Part shown: positions 9,808-19,678 of the stretch, one piece after another | Layout of the letters: the number at the start of each line of letters is the position of its first letter | How positions within the stretch are numbered: position 1 is the stretch's first letter | Position numbers and translations under genes: made by a program | Notes under the pieces: model-generated | What the model was told of the DNA's origin: nothing | The model's database searches: none | What the model saw: the letters and a program-made list of their open reading frames with translations, nothing else | Source of the DNA: an uncultured Clostridiaceae bacterium | GTDB lineage: Bacteria; Bacillota; Clostridia; TANB77; CAG-465 | Reading direction: 5' to 3' | Assembly: GCA_964371585.1 (NCBI GenBank) | Contig: CAYJMD010000005.1 | Span: forward strand, 8,072-72,071 | DNA: 64,000 nucleotides

Positions 9808-11163
9808 ATGAAAATTACAGAATTACCTGCTTACAAGAGACTTGAAGAGATGTTTAAACAGAAAGGATATTCACTGGGTATAAAGAATAATATGCAAATT
9901 TATTCTTGGGATAACATTAAGCGTATTCCTGAAAATTTAACAAGTGGTCACTATGTATATGCTAGCGATCATGGAAAAATCAAATTTAAAGATATTCCAG
10001 AGACGTATCGTACAAGAGAATTTTTCCTACACGCACTATCAGGTGCATATCAAGATATTGTTGAATATGTAAAATTAGATTTCAAACGCTTTGACAAACA
10101 ATTCTTCAAAGACCATATCGAAACTGAGTATTACGCTCTAGAATTCGAACTTAATGATTTTGAATATATGCCACTTGAATTTATTGATGAAGAAATGGTA
10201 ACGTGTGCTATGTTTAAATCAGTTAATATGAGATATTCTGAGAAACGTGGAGATTGTGAAGACTGGTTTTATTCCGTACACAAAAGAAAACCCGAAGTTT
10301 TAACACAAGACTTGTATATCCTTGGAGCTAGATGCTTTGCTGCAAAAAGAAAGGAAAAAAATAACTTTCTAGACATTACACCTGAAGAATACAAAACAGA
10401 AGAATTCTACCTTGCTCTTTGCCTAAAAAATAATACACCTGTAATGGAAGATATCCCTGAAAATATATTAACAACTAATTTTCTTGTCACTTTGCTAAAT
10501 GATGATACTGGAAATATCCAGTGTTTTAGTGATTCTGCTCTTGAAAAAGAAGCTGTAATGCAAGAGAATGGTATAGTAAAGTTTTGGCAAGCAGCTATAA
10601 TCAAAGACGGATATCAAGTCGATAAGATACCTCTAAATGATGAGCGAGCTGAGTTCTTTTTATCTATTTATGATAAAGATTCTCAGGAATATGAATATAG
10701 CTTTAAAAAACATTACAAGAACTATCTTAATGAAAAAAATTCTACACCTAAATCTGAAAATAATGCAAGCGAGTTAGCAAGTATGATGACTTTAGCAGGA
10801 ATCTTAGGAGGAATGAATACAAATTCAGCAATTGATTCAGGTACTGATATTATGAATGCAGTAACAAACCGTCAATCTATGCTTCCTATTTATAATAAGG
10901 AAATAGTTCCTGCTGAGTATTCTAAAAAATACGACAAAGAAGAATACTTACTTGAAATATATAAAAAAATTGGTATTCAAGTGTTAGAAGAATCTGACGA
11001 ATATTATTACAGAATTAAATTTCCTGAAAATATTTCTGTTATCGAAGATGATTGTGGTTATTGTATAAAGGATTCTATAGGCAAAACTCTTATTCATTAT
11101 TATGACAGAGGACCATTCTATGATAGAAGAGTTATGGTAGATGAAATCAATATAACTCTTTAA
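9808..11163 (+). CDS. Hypothetical cytoplasmic protein (451 aa); helical repeats faintly DUF4116-like, tentative
   Basis: Strong SD AGGAGG. No TM or signal peptide. Recurrent helical segments (EFFLHALSGAYQDIVEYV, EEMVTCAMFKSV, EEFYLALCLKNNTPVMEDIPENIL). Own promoter (TTGTAA-17-TATAAT near 9681-9709) and own terminator. G+C visibly above the neighbours. Confidence 0.6.
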   Translation: MKITELPAYKRLEEMFKQKGYSLGIKNNMQIYSWDNIKRIPENLTSGHYVYASDHGKIKFKDIPETYRTREFFLHALSGAYQDIVEYVKLDFKRFDKQFFKDHIETEYYALEFELNDFEYMPLEFIDEEMVTCAMFKSVNMRYSEKRGDCEDWFYSVHKRKPEVLTQDLYILGARCFAAKRKEKNNFLDITPEEYKTEEFYLALCLKNNTPVMEDIPENILTTNFLVTLLNDDTGNIQCFSDSALEKEAVMQENGIVKFWQAAIIKDGYQVDKIPLNDERAEFFLSIYDKDSQEYEYSFKKHYKNYLNEKNSTPKSENNASELASMMTLAGILGGMNTNSAIDSGTDIMNAVTNRQSMLPIYNKEIVPAEYSKKYDKEEYLLEIYKKIGIQVLEESDEYYYRIKFPENISVIEDDCGYCIKDSIGKTLIHYYDRGPFYDRRVMVDEINITL

Positions 11164-11192
11164 TATTCAAAGTATATTTTCAAGAACATATA

Positions 11193-11222
11193 AAAAATCA
11201 CACTAAATTAGTGTGATTTTTT
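11193..11222 (+). terminator. Rho-independent terminator
   Basis: AAATCACAC-TAAATTA-GTGTGATTT followed by a T-run. Confidence 0.75.
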
Positions 11223-11292
11223 CATGTCAAAATATATTGAATTAATTTTCTTAATATTATATAATAATTTTATATAATGATGGAGGTTAAAA

Positions 11293-12174
11293 ATGAATAT
11301 TATTGAGATTAAAAAATTAAATAAAATGTATGGTAAATCCAGAGGAATAATAGATATAGACCTAGAAGTAAAAAAAGGAGAAATATTTGGTTTCATAGGA
11401 CCTAACGGCGCTGGAAAATCTACAACAATTCGTATATTAATGGGACTTATTTTTAAATCCAGTGGTGAAGCTAAAATTTTCGGATTAGATACAGAAAAAG
11501 ATAAAGAAAAGATTTTGGAAAATGTTGGATATCTTCCAAGTGAAATTTTTTATTATGACAATATGAAAGCTATTGAGCTACTAAAATATTCAGCTAGTTT
11601 TTATAAAGTTGATTGTAATAAACGTATTTATGAACTTGCCAAAAGACTTGATTTAGATTTAAATAAAAAAATCCAAGATATGAGTCTTGGTAATCGAAAA
11701 AAAATTGGTATCATACAAGGACTAATACATTCACCAGATTTAATTATACTAGATGAACCGACAAGTGGTCTTGATCCTCTTATTCAACAAACATTTTTTC
11801 AAATTATTAAAGAAGAACAACAAAGAGGGGCAACCATTCTATTTTCTTCACATATATTAAGTGAAGTACAAAAATTATGTGATCGTGTAGCTATTATCAA
11901 AGAAGGTAAAATATTAAAAATACAAGAAATGGATGATATTAATAATGATTCATACAAAACTATTACTATACAAATAGAAGAAGGTAATAACAAATTTAAT
12001 CTTGACGGTTCAACAAATATATCTGAAAACGGAGGAACTATATCTTTCATATATAAAGGAAATTATAACATTCTTTTAACAGAACTTTCAAAATATAAGA
12101 TAAAAAATATTGAAATTACAGAACCCAGTTTGGATGAAATCTTTATGCACTATTATAGTAAGGAGGATAAGTAA
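11293..12174 (+). CDS. ABC transporter ATP-binding protein (ABC-2 subfamily type)
   Basis: Walker A GPNGAGKST, signature MSLGNRKK, Walker B LIILDEPTSGLD, H-loop SSHIL. Confidence 0.9.
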   Translation: MNIIEIKKLNKMYGKSRGIIDIDLEVKKGEIFGFIGPNGAGKSTTIRILMGLIFKSSGEAKIFGLDTEKDKEKILENVGYLPSEIFYYDNMKAIELLKYSASFYKVDCNKRIYELAKRLDLDLNKKIQDMSLGNRKKIGIIQGLIHSPDLIILDEPTSGLDPLIQQTFFQIIKEEQQRGATILFSSHILSEVQKLCDRVAIIKEGKILKIQEMDDINNDSYKTITIQIEEGNNKFNLDGSTNISENGGTISFIYKGNYNILLTELSKYKIKNIEITEPSLDEIFMHYYSKEDK

Positions 12175-12966
12175 ATGAATGTATACAAGTTTGAATTGCG
12201 TTCTATAACTAAATCTCTTATTACTTGGTGTATTGTCCTTATTTGTACATATTACTTTTTAATTGCAGGTATATATCCTATGTTTGCTGATGGAATGAAA
12301 ATGATTGAAGAGTTAATTGTAAATATGCCTGCCGACTACTTGCTTGTTTTTGGACTTGATATAAATAACATGACAGGTTACAATGGATTTTACTCTTTTG
12401 CATATATGTATATTGCTTTAATTTCAGGACTTATGGCAACAAGTATAACTTTAAATATTTTTGGGAAAGAGAAACAATGCCACTGTCAAGAATTTTTACT
12501 TACCAAACCAATAAAGCGTAAGCACATTTTTAAATCTAAACTGCTAGCAGTATTAACAGGCATTTTGATTTTTAATATAGTTTTAATCCCAACATCATTG
12601 CTGTGTTTTAATGAATACGGGATCATAGATATCAACACTGTTTTAGCAATACTTGCAATAACATTTTCTCAATTTATTTTTGTAGGAATATCAATTTTTA
12701 TTGCTATATTTATACCAAAAATTAGATCAGTTACACCAATTGTTGCAACAATCGGATTACTAGCGTTTACTATAGAAGTATTTATTAATGCACTTAGAAT
12801 AAGATGGCTTGAATTTTTATCACCACTACATTTCTTTACACCCAAAAGTGTATTTGAAACTGGAGGATATAACACTACACTTTCTATATATGCAATTATA
12901 GTTTTAATATTGTGTATTGTATTTTCGCTAAGACATTTTTTAAAATCTGATTTAGGCAGAATGTGA
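12175..12966 (+). CDS. ABC-2 type transporter permease
   Basis: 263-aa, ~6-TM hydrophobic protein. Start abuts the stop of the ATPase gene. Confidence 0.7.
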   Translation: MNVYKFELRSITKSLITWCIVLICTYYFLIAGIYPMFADGMKMIEELIVNMPADYLLVFGLDINNMTGYNGFYSFAYMYIALISGLMATSITLNIFGKEKQCHCQEFLLTKPIKRKHIFKSKLLAVLTGILIFNIVLIPTSLLCFNEYGIIDINTVLAILAITFSQFIFVGISIFIAIFIPKIRSVTPIVATIGLLAFTIEVFINALRIRWLEFLSPLHFFTPKSVFETGGYNTTLSIYAIIVLILCIVFSLRHFLKSDLGRM

Positions 12967-12973
12967 GGTATAT

Positions 12974-13777
12974 ATGAAACTTTTAAAATATGAATTAAAA
13001 ATAAAACTAAAACCTTTTTTATTTTGGACAATTGGATTAATCTTATTATATGTAGCTGGTTCTATGGAATTTGGAGGTATTTCAGGAGCAAATAGTGAGA
13101 GTATTGATGTTGTACTAAATTATTATCCACCTATTGTATTATCTATTATGGGAATTACTGAATCAATAGATTTTTCATGTTTAGATGGTTACACATGGGT
13201 TCTTGGATATTATGGAACAGTACTTGCTTCATTTTATGCAATCACATTAGGTTCAAGTATTATAAATCGTGAATTAATTGATAAAACTTTCGAGTTTTTA
13301 TTTACAAAACCTAGAAAAAGAAATTATATTTTGAGTTTTAAAATACTATCTGGATTTTTATATTTGACATTTTTTAGTTTTATAAATCTAATTGCAAGTA
13401 TACTAATTATGAATCCAGTTGATACAAGTATAGATATTACTAATCTTATGTTTTTAAGCGGATTTGGAACTTATATAACTTCATTATTATTTTATACAAT
13501 TTCAATATTTATAAATGTAATTATTAAGAAAAAAGCTATAAGCGGAAAAATTGTTAATTTATTTTTTTTATTTAGTTTTATGCTAGGAGGAGTTTATGAT
13601 GTTTTAGAAAACGTAGAGATTTTACGAATACTTACTCCACTTAGATACACTCTATATCAAGATGCAATAGATGGTAATATTAATATTTTATTTTTATTAA
13701 TATCTATTATATTAACTATATTATTAATTATCTCATCTTACATAATTTTTGAAAAAAGAGATTTAACTGAGATTTAA
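12974..13777 (+). CDS. ABC-2 type transporter permease (second subunit)
   Basis: 267-aa, ~6-TM protein with similar topology to the preceding permease, 7 nt downstream of it. Confidence 0.7.
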   Translation: MKLLKYELKIKLKPFLFWTIGLILLYVAGSMEFGGISGANSESIDVVLNYYPPIVLSIMGITESIDFSCLDGYTWVLGYYGTVLASFYAITLGSSIINRELIDKTFEFLFTKPRKRNYILSFKILSGFLYLTFFSFINLIASILIMNPVDTSIDITNLMFLSGFGTYITSLLFYTISIFINVIIKKKAISGKIVNLFFLFSFMLGGVYDVLENVEILRILTPLRYTLYQDAIDGNINILFLLISIILTILLIISSYIIFEKRDLTEI

Positions 13778-13784
13778 ACATAAC

Positions 13785-13813
13785 AAAAAAGATGCAATTT
13801 TGCATCTTTTTTT
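13785..13813. terminator. Bidirectional rho-independent terminator
   Basis: A6-GATGCA-ATTT-TGCATC-T7 between convergent genes. Confidence 0.7.
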
Positions 13814-14552
13814 ATAACCCTATTGAAACAGATCTTAAAAAATTATTTTTAGCTTCTTCTACAACATTGAAATTTTCATAAACAATCCCTTCTTCTTCCT
13901 TAGTAAACTTATTTTTAGATCCCAGATATTCTTCTAGAGCATCTGACATTTCTCTTGTAAAAGCATTATGTTTAACCAAATAGTTAGCAATTATAATATC
14001 TATATGATTAAATTCGATTAACTGTTCTATAGTATACTTTGAAAGTGTACGATTTTTTTTCATTACTGATGTAGCAATACTAGAACTTTTAAAAAATTCT
14101 TTAATCTGATTATTTGACAAATTTTCAAAAAATTTTCTTCTTACAAATTTATCTATAAAAATAGGATTTTCCATTAGTTTAGATTTCAAAATTTCATCAA
14201 AATCTTTAATGAATGTTTTATCTTGCAACGCTGTGTATTCAGAAACATCTTTATACTTTATAAGATCATCTTCATACCAATATTCTTTAGGTAAATTCAT
14301 TAGGGGAACATTTCTAAAATATAATAATATCTTCCTATAATACTTAGGAACATATTTTTGATTTAACCGATTAGTTTGATATATTTTTCTCCATATTTCT
14401 CCAAGTTTAGAAATTTTTCTGTTTTTATCTTCATAATTTTTTGACTCTTTATATCCTTCATAAATTTCATCAGCTCTTATCAAAAGTTCTAATGTCAAAA
14501 ATGATCTATTAAATTCTAATGTGCCTCCTAATAAATATTTTATTTGTTTCAT
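13812..14552 (-). CDS. Hypothetical protein (246 aa), Lys/Tyr-rich, no recognised motif
   Basis: Long ORF with SD (AAAGAAAGGAAATACT-ATG). No TM. No family recognised by eye. Confidence 0.55.
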   Translation of the reverse strand: MKQIKYLLGGTLEFNRSFLTLELLIRADEIYEGYKESKNYEDKNRKISKLGEIWRKIYQTNRLNQKYVPKYYRKILLYFRNVPLMNLPKEYWYEDDLIKYKDVSEYTALQDKTFIKDFDEILKSKLMENPIFIDKFVRRKFFENLSNNQIKEFFKSSSIATSVMKKNRTLSKYTIEQLIEFNHIDIIIANYLVKHNAFTREMSDALEEYLGSKNKFTKEEEGIVYENFNVVEEAKNNFLRSVSIGL

Positions 14553-14686
14553 AGTATTTCCTTTCTTTATACTTATTAAAGTATAACTATTTTAATTTAA
14601 TTTGACATAATTATAACATCTGATATAGCAATTGTCAACAAAATAAAAAAATAGAGAACTAATATATAATTAATTCTCTATTAAAT

Positions 14687-15580
14687 CTATTTACTATACT
14701 TTTTCTTATGTATTAATCTATCTATTTCATACCATGCTGATGATGCTACAAATATAGATGAATATGTACCTGCAAGAACACCAATTATAAGTGGTAATGC
14801 AAATTCTTGTAATACTTGTTGATTATTAATATATGCAAACACATAAATACATGTTATTGCTATTAATGTAGTTATTGATGTAAATATTGTTCTTTTAAAA
14901 GTTTGAGTTAAGCTTAAGTTTATAGTATCACTTAGCTCATCACTTCTTGAAGCTTTTCTTTTATTTTCACGTATTCTATCATATACAACTATAGTATCAT
15001 TAATTGAGTAACCTATAATTGTAAGTATAACTGCAACAAATGTTGAGTTTATAGATAAACCAAACATACCATATATAGCTATTATGATTAAAGCATCGTG
15101 TATAAGTGCTAATATAGCTGTTATAGCTGCTGGAACACCTAAAGTTTTAAACCTAATTGTTATATATATAAGTAATGCACATATTGAAACTATTATTGCA
15201 ACAAGTGCTGAATCAATAAGTTCTTTACCATATGCTGGTTGTATATTTCTTATACTAGGTTCATCCATATTTAAATATACTTCTTCTAATTTTTGTACTA
15301 TTTCATCTGCTTTTTCTTCAGATATAGGTTCTGTAGTTATAGCTACTGAAGAATCTCCACTAGATAATTTTTGTACTAATGGTACACTACCAGTTATTTC
15401 TTTAACTAAGTTTTCTATATCTGTATTGTTATATTCTTCTTTTAAATCTACTTGTATTTTAGTTCCACCTAAAAAATCAATATCAAGTTTAAATCCATTA
15501 ACAAATCCAAGTGTAATACCTGTAATAATTATTATTAAAGAGATAGTTAAAAATACATATCTATATTTTAAAAAATTCAT
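14687..15580 (-). CDS. secF: Protein translocase subunit SecF
   Basis: 297 aa. Typical SecF start (FLKYRYVFLTISLIIIITG...GFKLDIDFLGGT) and 6-TM SecD/F domain. Immediately downstream of secD. Confidence 0.92.
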   Translation of the reverse strand: MNFLKYRYVFLTISLIIIITGITLGFVNGFKLDIDFLGGTKIQVDLKEEYNNTDIENLVKEITGSVPLVQKLSSGDSSVAITTEPISEEKADEIVQKLEEVYLNMDEPSIRNIQPAYGKELIDSALVAIIVSICALLIYITIRFKTLGVPAAITAILALIHDALIIIAIYGMFGLSINSTFVAVILTIIGYSINDTIVVYDRIRENKRKASRSDELSDTINLSLTQTFKRTIFTSITTLIAITCIYVFAYINNQQVLQEFALPLIIGVLAGTYSSIFVASSAWYEIDRLIHKKKYSK

Positions 15581-15581
15581 A

Positions 15582-16877
15582 TTATTCTACCTCCTTTTTA
15601 AGTCCAAATAAAAATTTACTTTTAGATGAAAGAGGTATTAATTGTTTTAATAATACTTTTGTTACAACGATTGATGTAAATAATCCTACTAGTACACCTA
15701 TTGCAAGTACAAGTCCAAATCCTTTTATTGCACCTATACCTAATATGTATAATAATATAGCTATAATAAATGTTGTTACATTACCATCTATAATTGCAGT
15801 CATTGCTGTTTTATGACTTTTTTCAAATGCTTTTTTATATGTCATATTACTTCTAAGCTCATCTTTTAATCTCTCAAATATTATAACATTAGCGTCTACT
15901 GCCATACCTACTGATAGTACAAGACCTGCTATACCTGGAAGTGTTAAACTAGTTCCTGTTGAAACAAGAATAAATAACACAAGTCCTACATATGTTGCAA
16001 GAGATAATACTGACACAAGACCTGGTAGCCTATATATTATTATCATAAATATTGATATTAATATAAATGCTGTTATTCCAGCATATACACTTATCTCTAA
16101 AGCTTGTTGTCCTATAAATGGCCCTACATATTCTTTATTAATAACTTCTAAAGTAAATGGTAATGCACCTGAATCTATAAGCATTGCATATTCAGTTGCC
16201 GTTTCTTTTTTCTCTGAGTATGTACCATTACCAACTGTTATAATCGCTGTGTTTGAATCAATTTTTTCATCTACCATAGGTGCAAAAATTTCATTACCAT
16301 CTAATTTAACAACTAGTGATTTACCTACTAATGCTTCTGTAGCACTAGCAAATTTCACTCTTCCTTCTTCAGAAAAAGTTAAAACAACATGAGGTGTTGG
16401 TATTCCTGTATTATCTATAGCTGTTTCACTTAAAGATGCGCTAACTATATCATCACCAGATAATAGTACATTTCCTTCTTCATCTGTAAATTCAATTTTA
16501 GCTGTTTTATCAAGTCCTTTAACCGCTTCTAAAGGATCTCTACTTTCATCTGAAATATCTGCTGGTATTTCAAGAAGAATTTGATTTGTAGCTTCATCAT
16601 TTCTAATATTAGCATCAAAAATATTTATAGCTTCCAATCTTTGCCTAATTACAATTTCAGATTTTTTCAAATCTTCTGGAGTAATTTCTTCACCTTCTTC
16701 AGCTGTGGCTTGATAGGTAATTGAAACACCTCCACTTATATCTAATCCTGTTCTTATATTTTCAGCACCTGCTATGTATGTTTTATCACCAATAGTAAGT
16801 CCAAAAATACTAAAATATACAAAAACAATTATTACTATACATAATAATAGAAAGTTTAGTACGTTTTTTAATTTCAT
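15582..16877 (-). CDS. secD: Protein translocase subunit SecD
   Basis: 431 aa. N-terminal TM, periplasmic-type domain (LDISGGVSITYQ), C-terminal 5-TM SecD/F block (DANVIIFERLKDEL). Confidence 0.92.
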   Translation of the reverse strand: MKLKNVLNFLLLCIVIIVFVYFSIFGLTIGDKTYIAGAENIRTGLDISGGVSITYQATAEEGEEITPEDLKKSEIVIRQRLEAINIFDANIRNDEATNQILLEIPADISDESRDPLEAVKGLDKTAKIEFTDEEGNVLLSGDDIVSASLSETAIDNTGIPTPHVVLTFSEEGRVKFASATEALVGKSLVVKLDGNEIFAPMVDEKIDSNTAIITVGNGTYSEKKETATEYAMLIDSGALPFTLEVINKEYVGPFIGQQALEISVYAGITAFILISIFMIIIYRLPGLVSVLSLATYVGLVLFILVSTGTSLTLPGIAGLVLSVGMAVDANVIIFERLKDELRSNMTYKKAFEKSHKTAMTAIIDGNVTTFIIAILLYILGIGAIKGFGLVLAIGVLVGLFTSIVVTKVLLKQLIPLSSKSKFLFGLKKEVE

Positions 16878-17001
16878 AGTATCACTCCGTTTCTATAAAA
16901 AATATTATACTATTTAATAGAAAAATAGTCAACATATATTAATAATTTAATTCTTAAATTTAAACGCAAAAAAAGTGAGCATACACTCACTTCATTTCTG
17001 A

Positions 17002-17157
17002 CTAAACTCTTCTATTTCTAGCTTTTTTAGCAGCTCTGCATTCTTTACATCTAACTGGATCATTTTCGAATCCTTTATCTTGATAGAATTCTTGTTCAGC
17101 TACTGTAAATATAAATTCGTTTCCACAGTCTTTACATACGATTGTTTTATCTTGCAT
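17002..17157 (-). CDS. Small zinc-ribbon protein (51 aa)
   Basis: Not in the track (below size cutoff). rc reads MQDKTIVCKDCGNEFIFTVAEQEFYQDKGFENDPVRCKECRAAKKARNRRV* with CxxC...CxxC. Perfect SD AAGGAGG 7 nt upstream. Terminator hairpin GTGAGTGTATGCTCAC+T7 downstream (rc of ~16966-16995). Confidence 0.7.
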   Translation of the reverse strand: MQDKTIVCKDCGNEFIFTVAEQEFYQDKGFENDPVRCKECRAAKKARNRRV

Positions 17158-17351
17158 GGTTATACCTCCTTTAAGATTTTGATTAATACTAAAACTTATA
17201 ATTTCCTCTTCTTAAAGGGGTTACGATTTTTACTAATCAATGAGTATATTATATCACAAAATTTAACAAAAGCAAGGAATTTACATTTTTATTTAACATT
17301 TATCATTGTTTTATCAAATTTCGACAAAAAATAACCCCAAATATCTACTAT

Positions 17352-17385
17352 ACAAATAAAAAAGATGAGAATTATTCTCATCTTT
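17352..17385 (-). terminator. Rho-independent terminator of the coupling-protein module
   Basis: On the minus strand: AAAGATGAGA-ATAAT-TCTCATCTTT then TTTTATTTG. The stem overlaps the stop codon by 2 nt. Confidence 0.7.
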
Positions 17386-19366
17386 AATCTACTATATCAC
17401 TATCTGTGTCTCCAAAAAGTTCATCAAATTTTTTCTCTAATTCTTTTTGCAGATCAAATTCTTCTGATTTTTTAGTTTCAGTTACAACTGGTTTTACTTC
17501 TTCTTTAACTTCATTATCAAACTCTATCGCAGAACCTGAAGTTGCAGTTACATTATTTGAAGTTCCCATTTTAAATTCTTTAATTTTTCTATCAATCTCA
17601 TCTAAATGAGCTTGAACATTAAATGATTGTGGATCTATTTCAACTGGTTTTGGTGTATCTGTAATATTTGTTATCTTATATCTACCTATTACTTCTCTAT
17701 CTTTATGATATTTAAAAAACCAAGCTTTCTGTGTTCTTATAGGTCTTATACCTCTAATTAATAGTATTTCTTCATTTGGATTTAAACGTTTTATCTCATC
17801 AACTGTCATAAGCTCTCTACCTTGTCTTTGTTCACTAAAGCTTACCCCTTGTTTTTGAGTTTCAGTTTTATCTTTACTTATAGATCTACTTTCTATTTTA
17901 ATAGTTTTTTGTCCTAAAGACTTAGAAAAGTATTCACAAGTTTTTAAAGATTGACTTCCTAAGAATAATTGAGTATCACAGTTACCAATTATTGTTTCAT
18001 AATCATTTTTATACATTGCTTCAAGCTGATCTAAAGCTTGAACAATTACTGATACACTTATACCATAACTTCTTGTTGTACTTAATTTCTTTGGAAAATC
18101 AGGTATTTGTCCTATATTTACAAATTCATCTAGTAACATATATATTGGATTTTCTAAAGTTCCACCTAATTTATATGCTTCTGAATATAATGTTGTAAAC
18201 AATTGTGAGAAAAATATACTTAAGATATAGTCATATGTACTATGATCTGGTGGTGTAATTATATATAATGCTGTTTTATGTTTATATAATGACATGAAAT
18301 CAATCTCATTTATAGCTGTAACTTTAGCTATATTTGGAGTATCAAAATCTTTAAGTTTACTAACTAAACTTATTGCTATACTTTGTTTAGTTTTATCAGC
18401 AGCAAGTTTAATACTTTCATATTCTTTTCTACCTGGATGTTCTGGTTTTAACTCATCTATAAATAGCCTGTCCATAACTTTTTCATCAATTCCACCAGCT
18501 CTTACAATATTAACACACGATGATAGATTTTGTTCATCTTCTGGTAATAAAGATTTTACATAGTATATACACGCTTTAAGTAACATCATTGCTGAATCAT
18601 CCCAGAAAGTATCTCCAGAAGCATTTTTATCTTTTCCTGATTTAACTATAGTTTCTGCTAATATATTTACATCATTATGATCCTTTACATGAGCTAAAGG
18701 ATTATATCTATCACTATATTCAGTTTCAATAAGATTTAATACTTGTATATTATAACCATCTGCTTTTAGGTAATTAGCAGTATCTCTATACATTTCACCT
18801 TTTGGATCGGTAATTACATATGAACCTAATTTTTGCATTATATTAGGTTTTACATAACAAGCAGATTTACCTGCACCAGATCCCCCTATTACTAGTATAT
18901 TTTTATTTATTTTTACTTTCCTTTGATCTGTACCAAGGAAGTGTTTTTTACTTAAAATAAAACCTTCTTTTTTATTTAGAACTTCACTTCCATCTGAAAG
19001 TTTTCTAAACTCTTCTCCACCTTTTGCCCATTCACTCGAACCATTTTCAGTGCCTTCATAATCATGTTTCGTTTTATATTTATATCTATAATATAAATAA
19101 GCAAGTAACACCATTACAAATACATAGCCTAATCCTGACATAAACATGCCCATATTTTCACTATTTAAAGCAAAAACTTGTTCAATATTACCAAAAGGAT
19201 TAATAAAGTTCTGAGTAAATGTGTCTATAAAATTGTTTATTGATATACTACCATCTTCTGCAACACTGCTTACGAATATTGGCATATATACAAATATAGA
19301 TATTATTAAATAAAATATAATAAATATTATTATATGTTTTTTCACTTCATTAAAGTCAATCATCAT
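17384..19366 (-). CDS. Type IV secretion coupling protein-like ATPase (VirD4/TraG/TraD family), membrane-anchored
   Basis: 660 aa. Two N-terminal TMs. Walker A VLVIGGSGAGKSACYVKPN, Walker B YMLLDEFVNIGQIPDF. Downstream SVSVIVQALDQLEAMY block typical of T4CPs. Acidic C-terminal tail. Strong SD AAGGGGAG. Confidence 0.82.
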   Translation of the reverse strand: MMIDFNEVKKHIIIFIIFYLIISIFVYMPIFVSSVAEDGSISINNFIDTFTQNFINPFGNIEQVFALNSENMGMFMSGLGYVFVMVLLAYLYYRYKYKTKHDYEGTENGSSEWAKGGEEFRKLSDGSEVLNKKEGFILSKKHFLGTDQRKVKINKNILVIGGSGAGKSACYVKPNIMQKLGSYVITDPKGEMYRDTANYLKADGYNIQVLNLIETEYSDRYNPLAHVKDHNDVNILAETIVKSGKDKNASGDTFWDDSAMMLLKACIYYVKSLLPEDEQNLSSCVNIVRAGGIDEKVMDRLFIDELKPEHPGRKEYESIKLAADKTKQSIAISLVSKLKDFDTPNIAKVTAINEIDFMSLYKHKTALYIITPPDHSTYDYILSIFFSQLFTTLYSEAYKLGGTLENPIYMLLDEFVNIGQIPDFPKKLSTTRSYGISVSVIVQALDQLEAMYKNDYETIIGNCDTQLFLGSQSLKTCEYFSKSLGQKTIKIESRSISKDKTETQKQGVSFSEQRQGRELMTVDEIKRLNPNEEILLIRGIRPIRTQKAWFFKYHKDREVIGRYKITNITDTPKPVEIDPQSFNVQAHLDEIDRKIKEFKMGTSNNVTATSGSAIEFDNEVKEEVKPVVTETKKSEEFDLQKELEKKFDELFGDTDSDIVD

Positions 19367-19385
19367 ATCTCCCCTTACATAAATA

Positions 19386-19631
19386 TTAGATTATTAGTTC
19401 ATCAGAATCATCTGATTTTTCTTTTTCTACTGATTGCTCTACATTATTGTTATTTTCAGTTTCTTCAATTACAAATTCAACCGGTATTTGTTTTTTAATT
19501 TCAACCTCTTCTTTGATTAAACTAGGTTGTTTTTTTTCTATAGCATCTTTAATTTTTATGCTTGCTTTGCTTGAAATCGCAAATCCCTTTTCATCAACTG
19601 TTCCTGCTACTGCATTAACTACTATTCCCAT
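19386..19631 (-). CDS. Hypothetical small protein (81 aa) with acidic C-terminus
   Basis: ORF between the 173-aa gene and the T4CP gene on the same strand. Weak SD. C-terminus EKEKSDDSDELII. Coding status uncertain. Confidence 0.4.
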   Translation of the reverse strand: MGIVVNAVAGTVDEKGFAISSKASIKIKDAIEKKQPSLIKEEVEIKKQIPVEFVIEETENNNNVEQSVEKEKSDDSDELII

Positions 19632-19678
19632 CTTATTCTCGTATGATTACTCATACGCTCCTTTCCACATTAATCTAT

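Noticed and set aside
9503-14686. tRNA-Leu-associated genomic island with defined att boundaries
   Set aside because: I searched by eye for a repeat of the tRNA 3' end (…GGTTCGATTCCGGTCACTCCCACCA) downstream and found none, and there is no integrase. It is reported only as a compositional and synteny observation.
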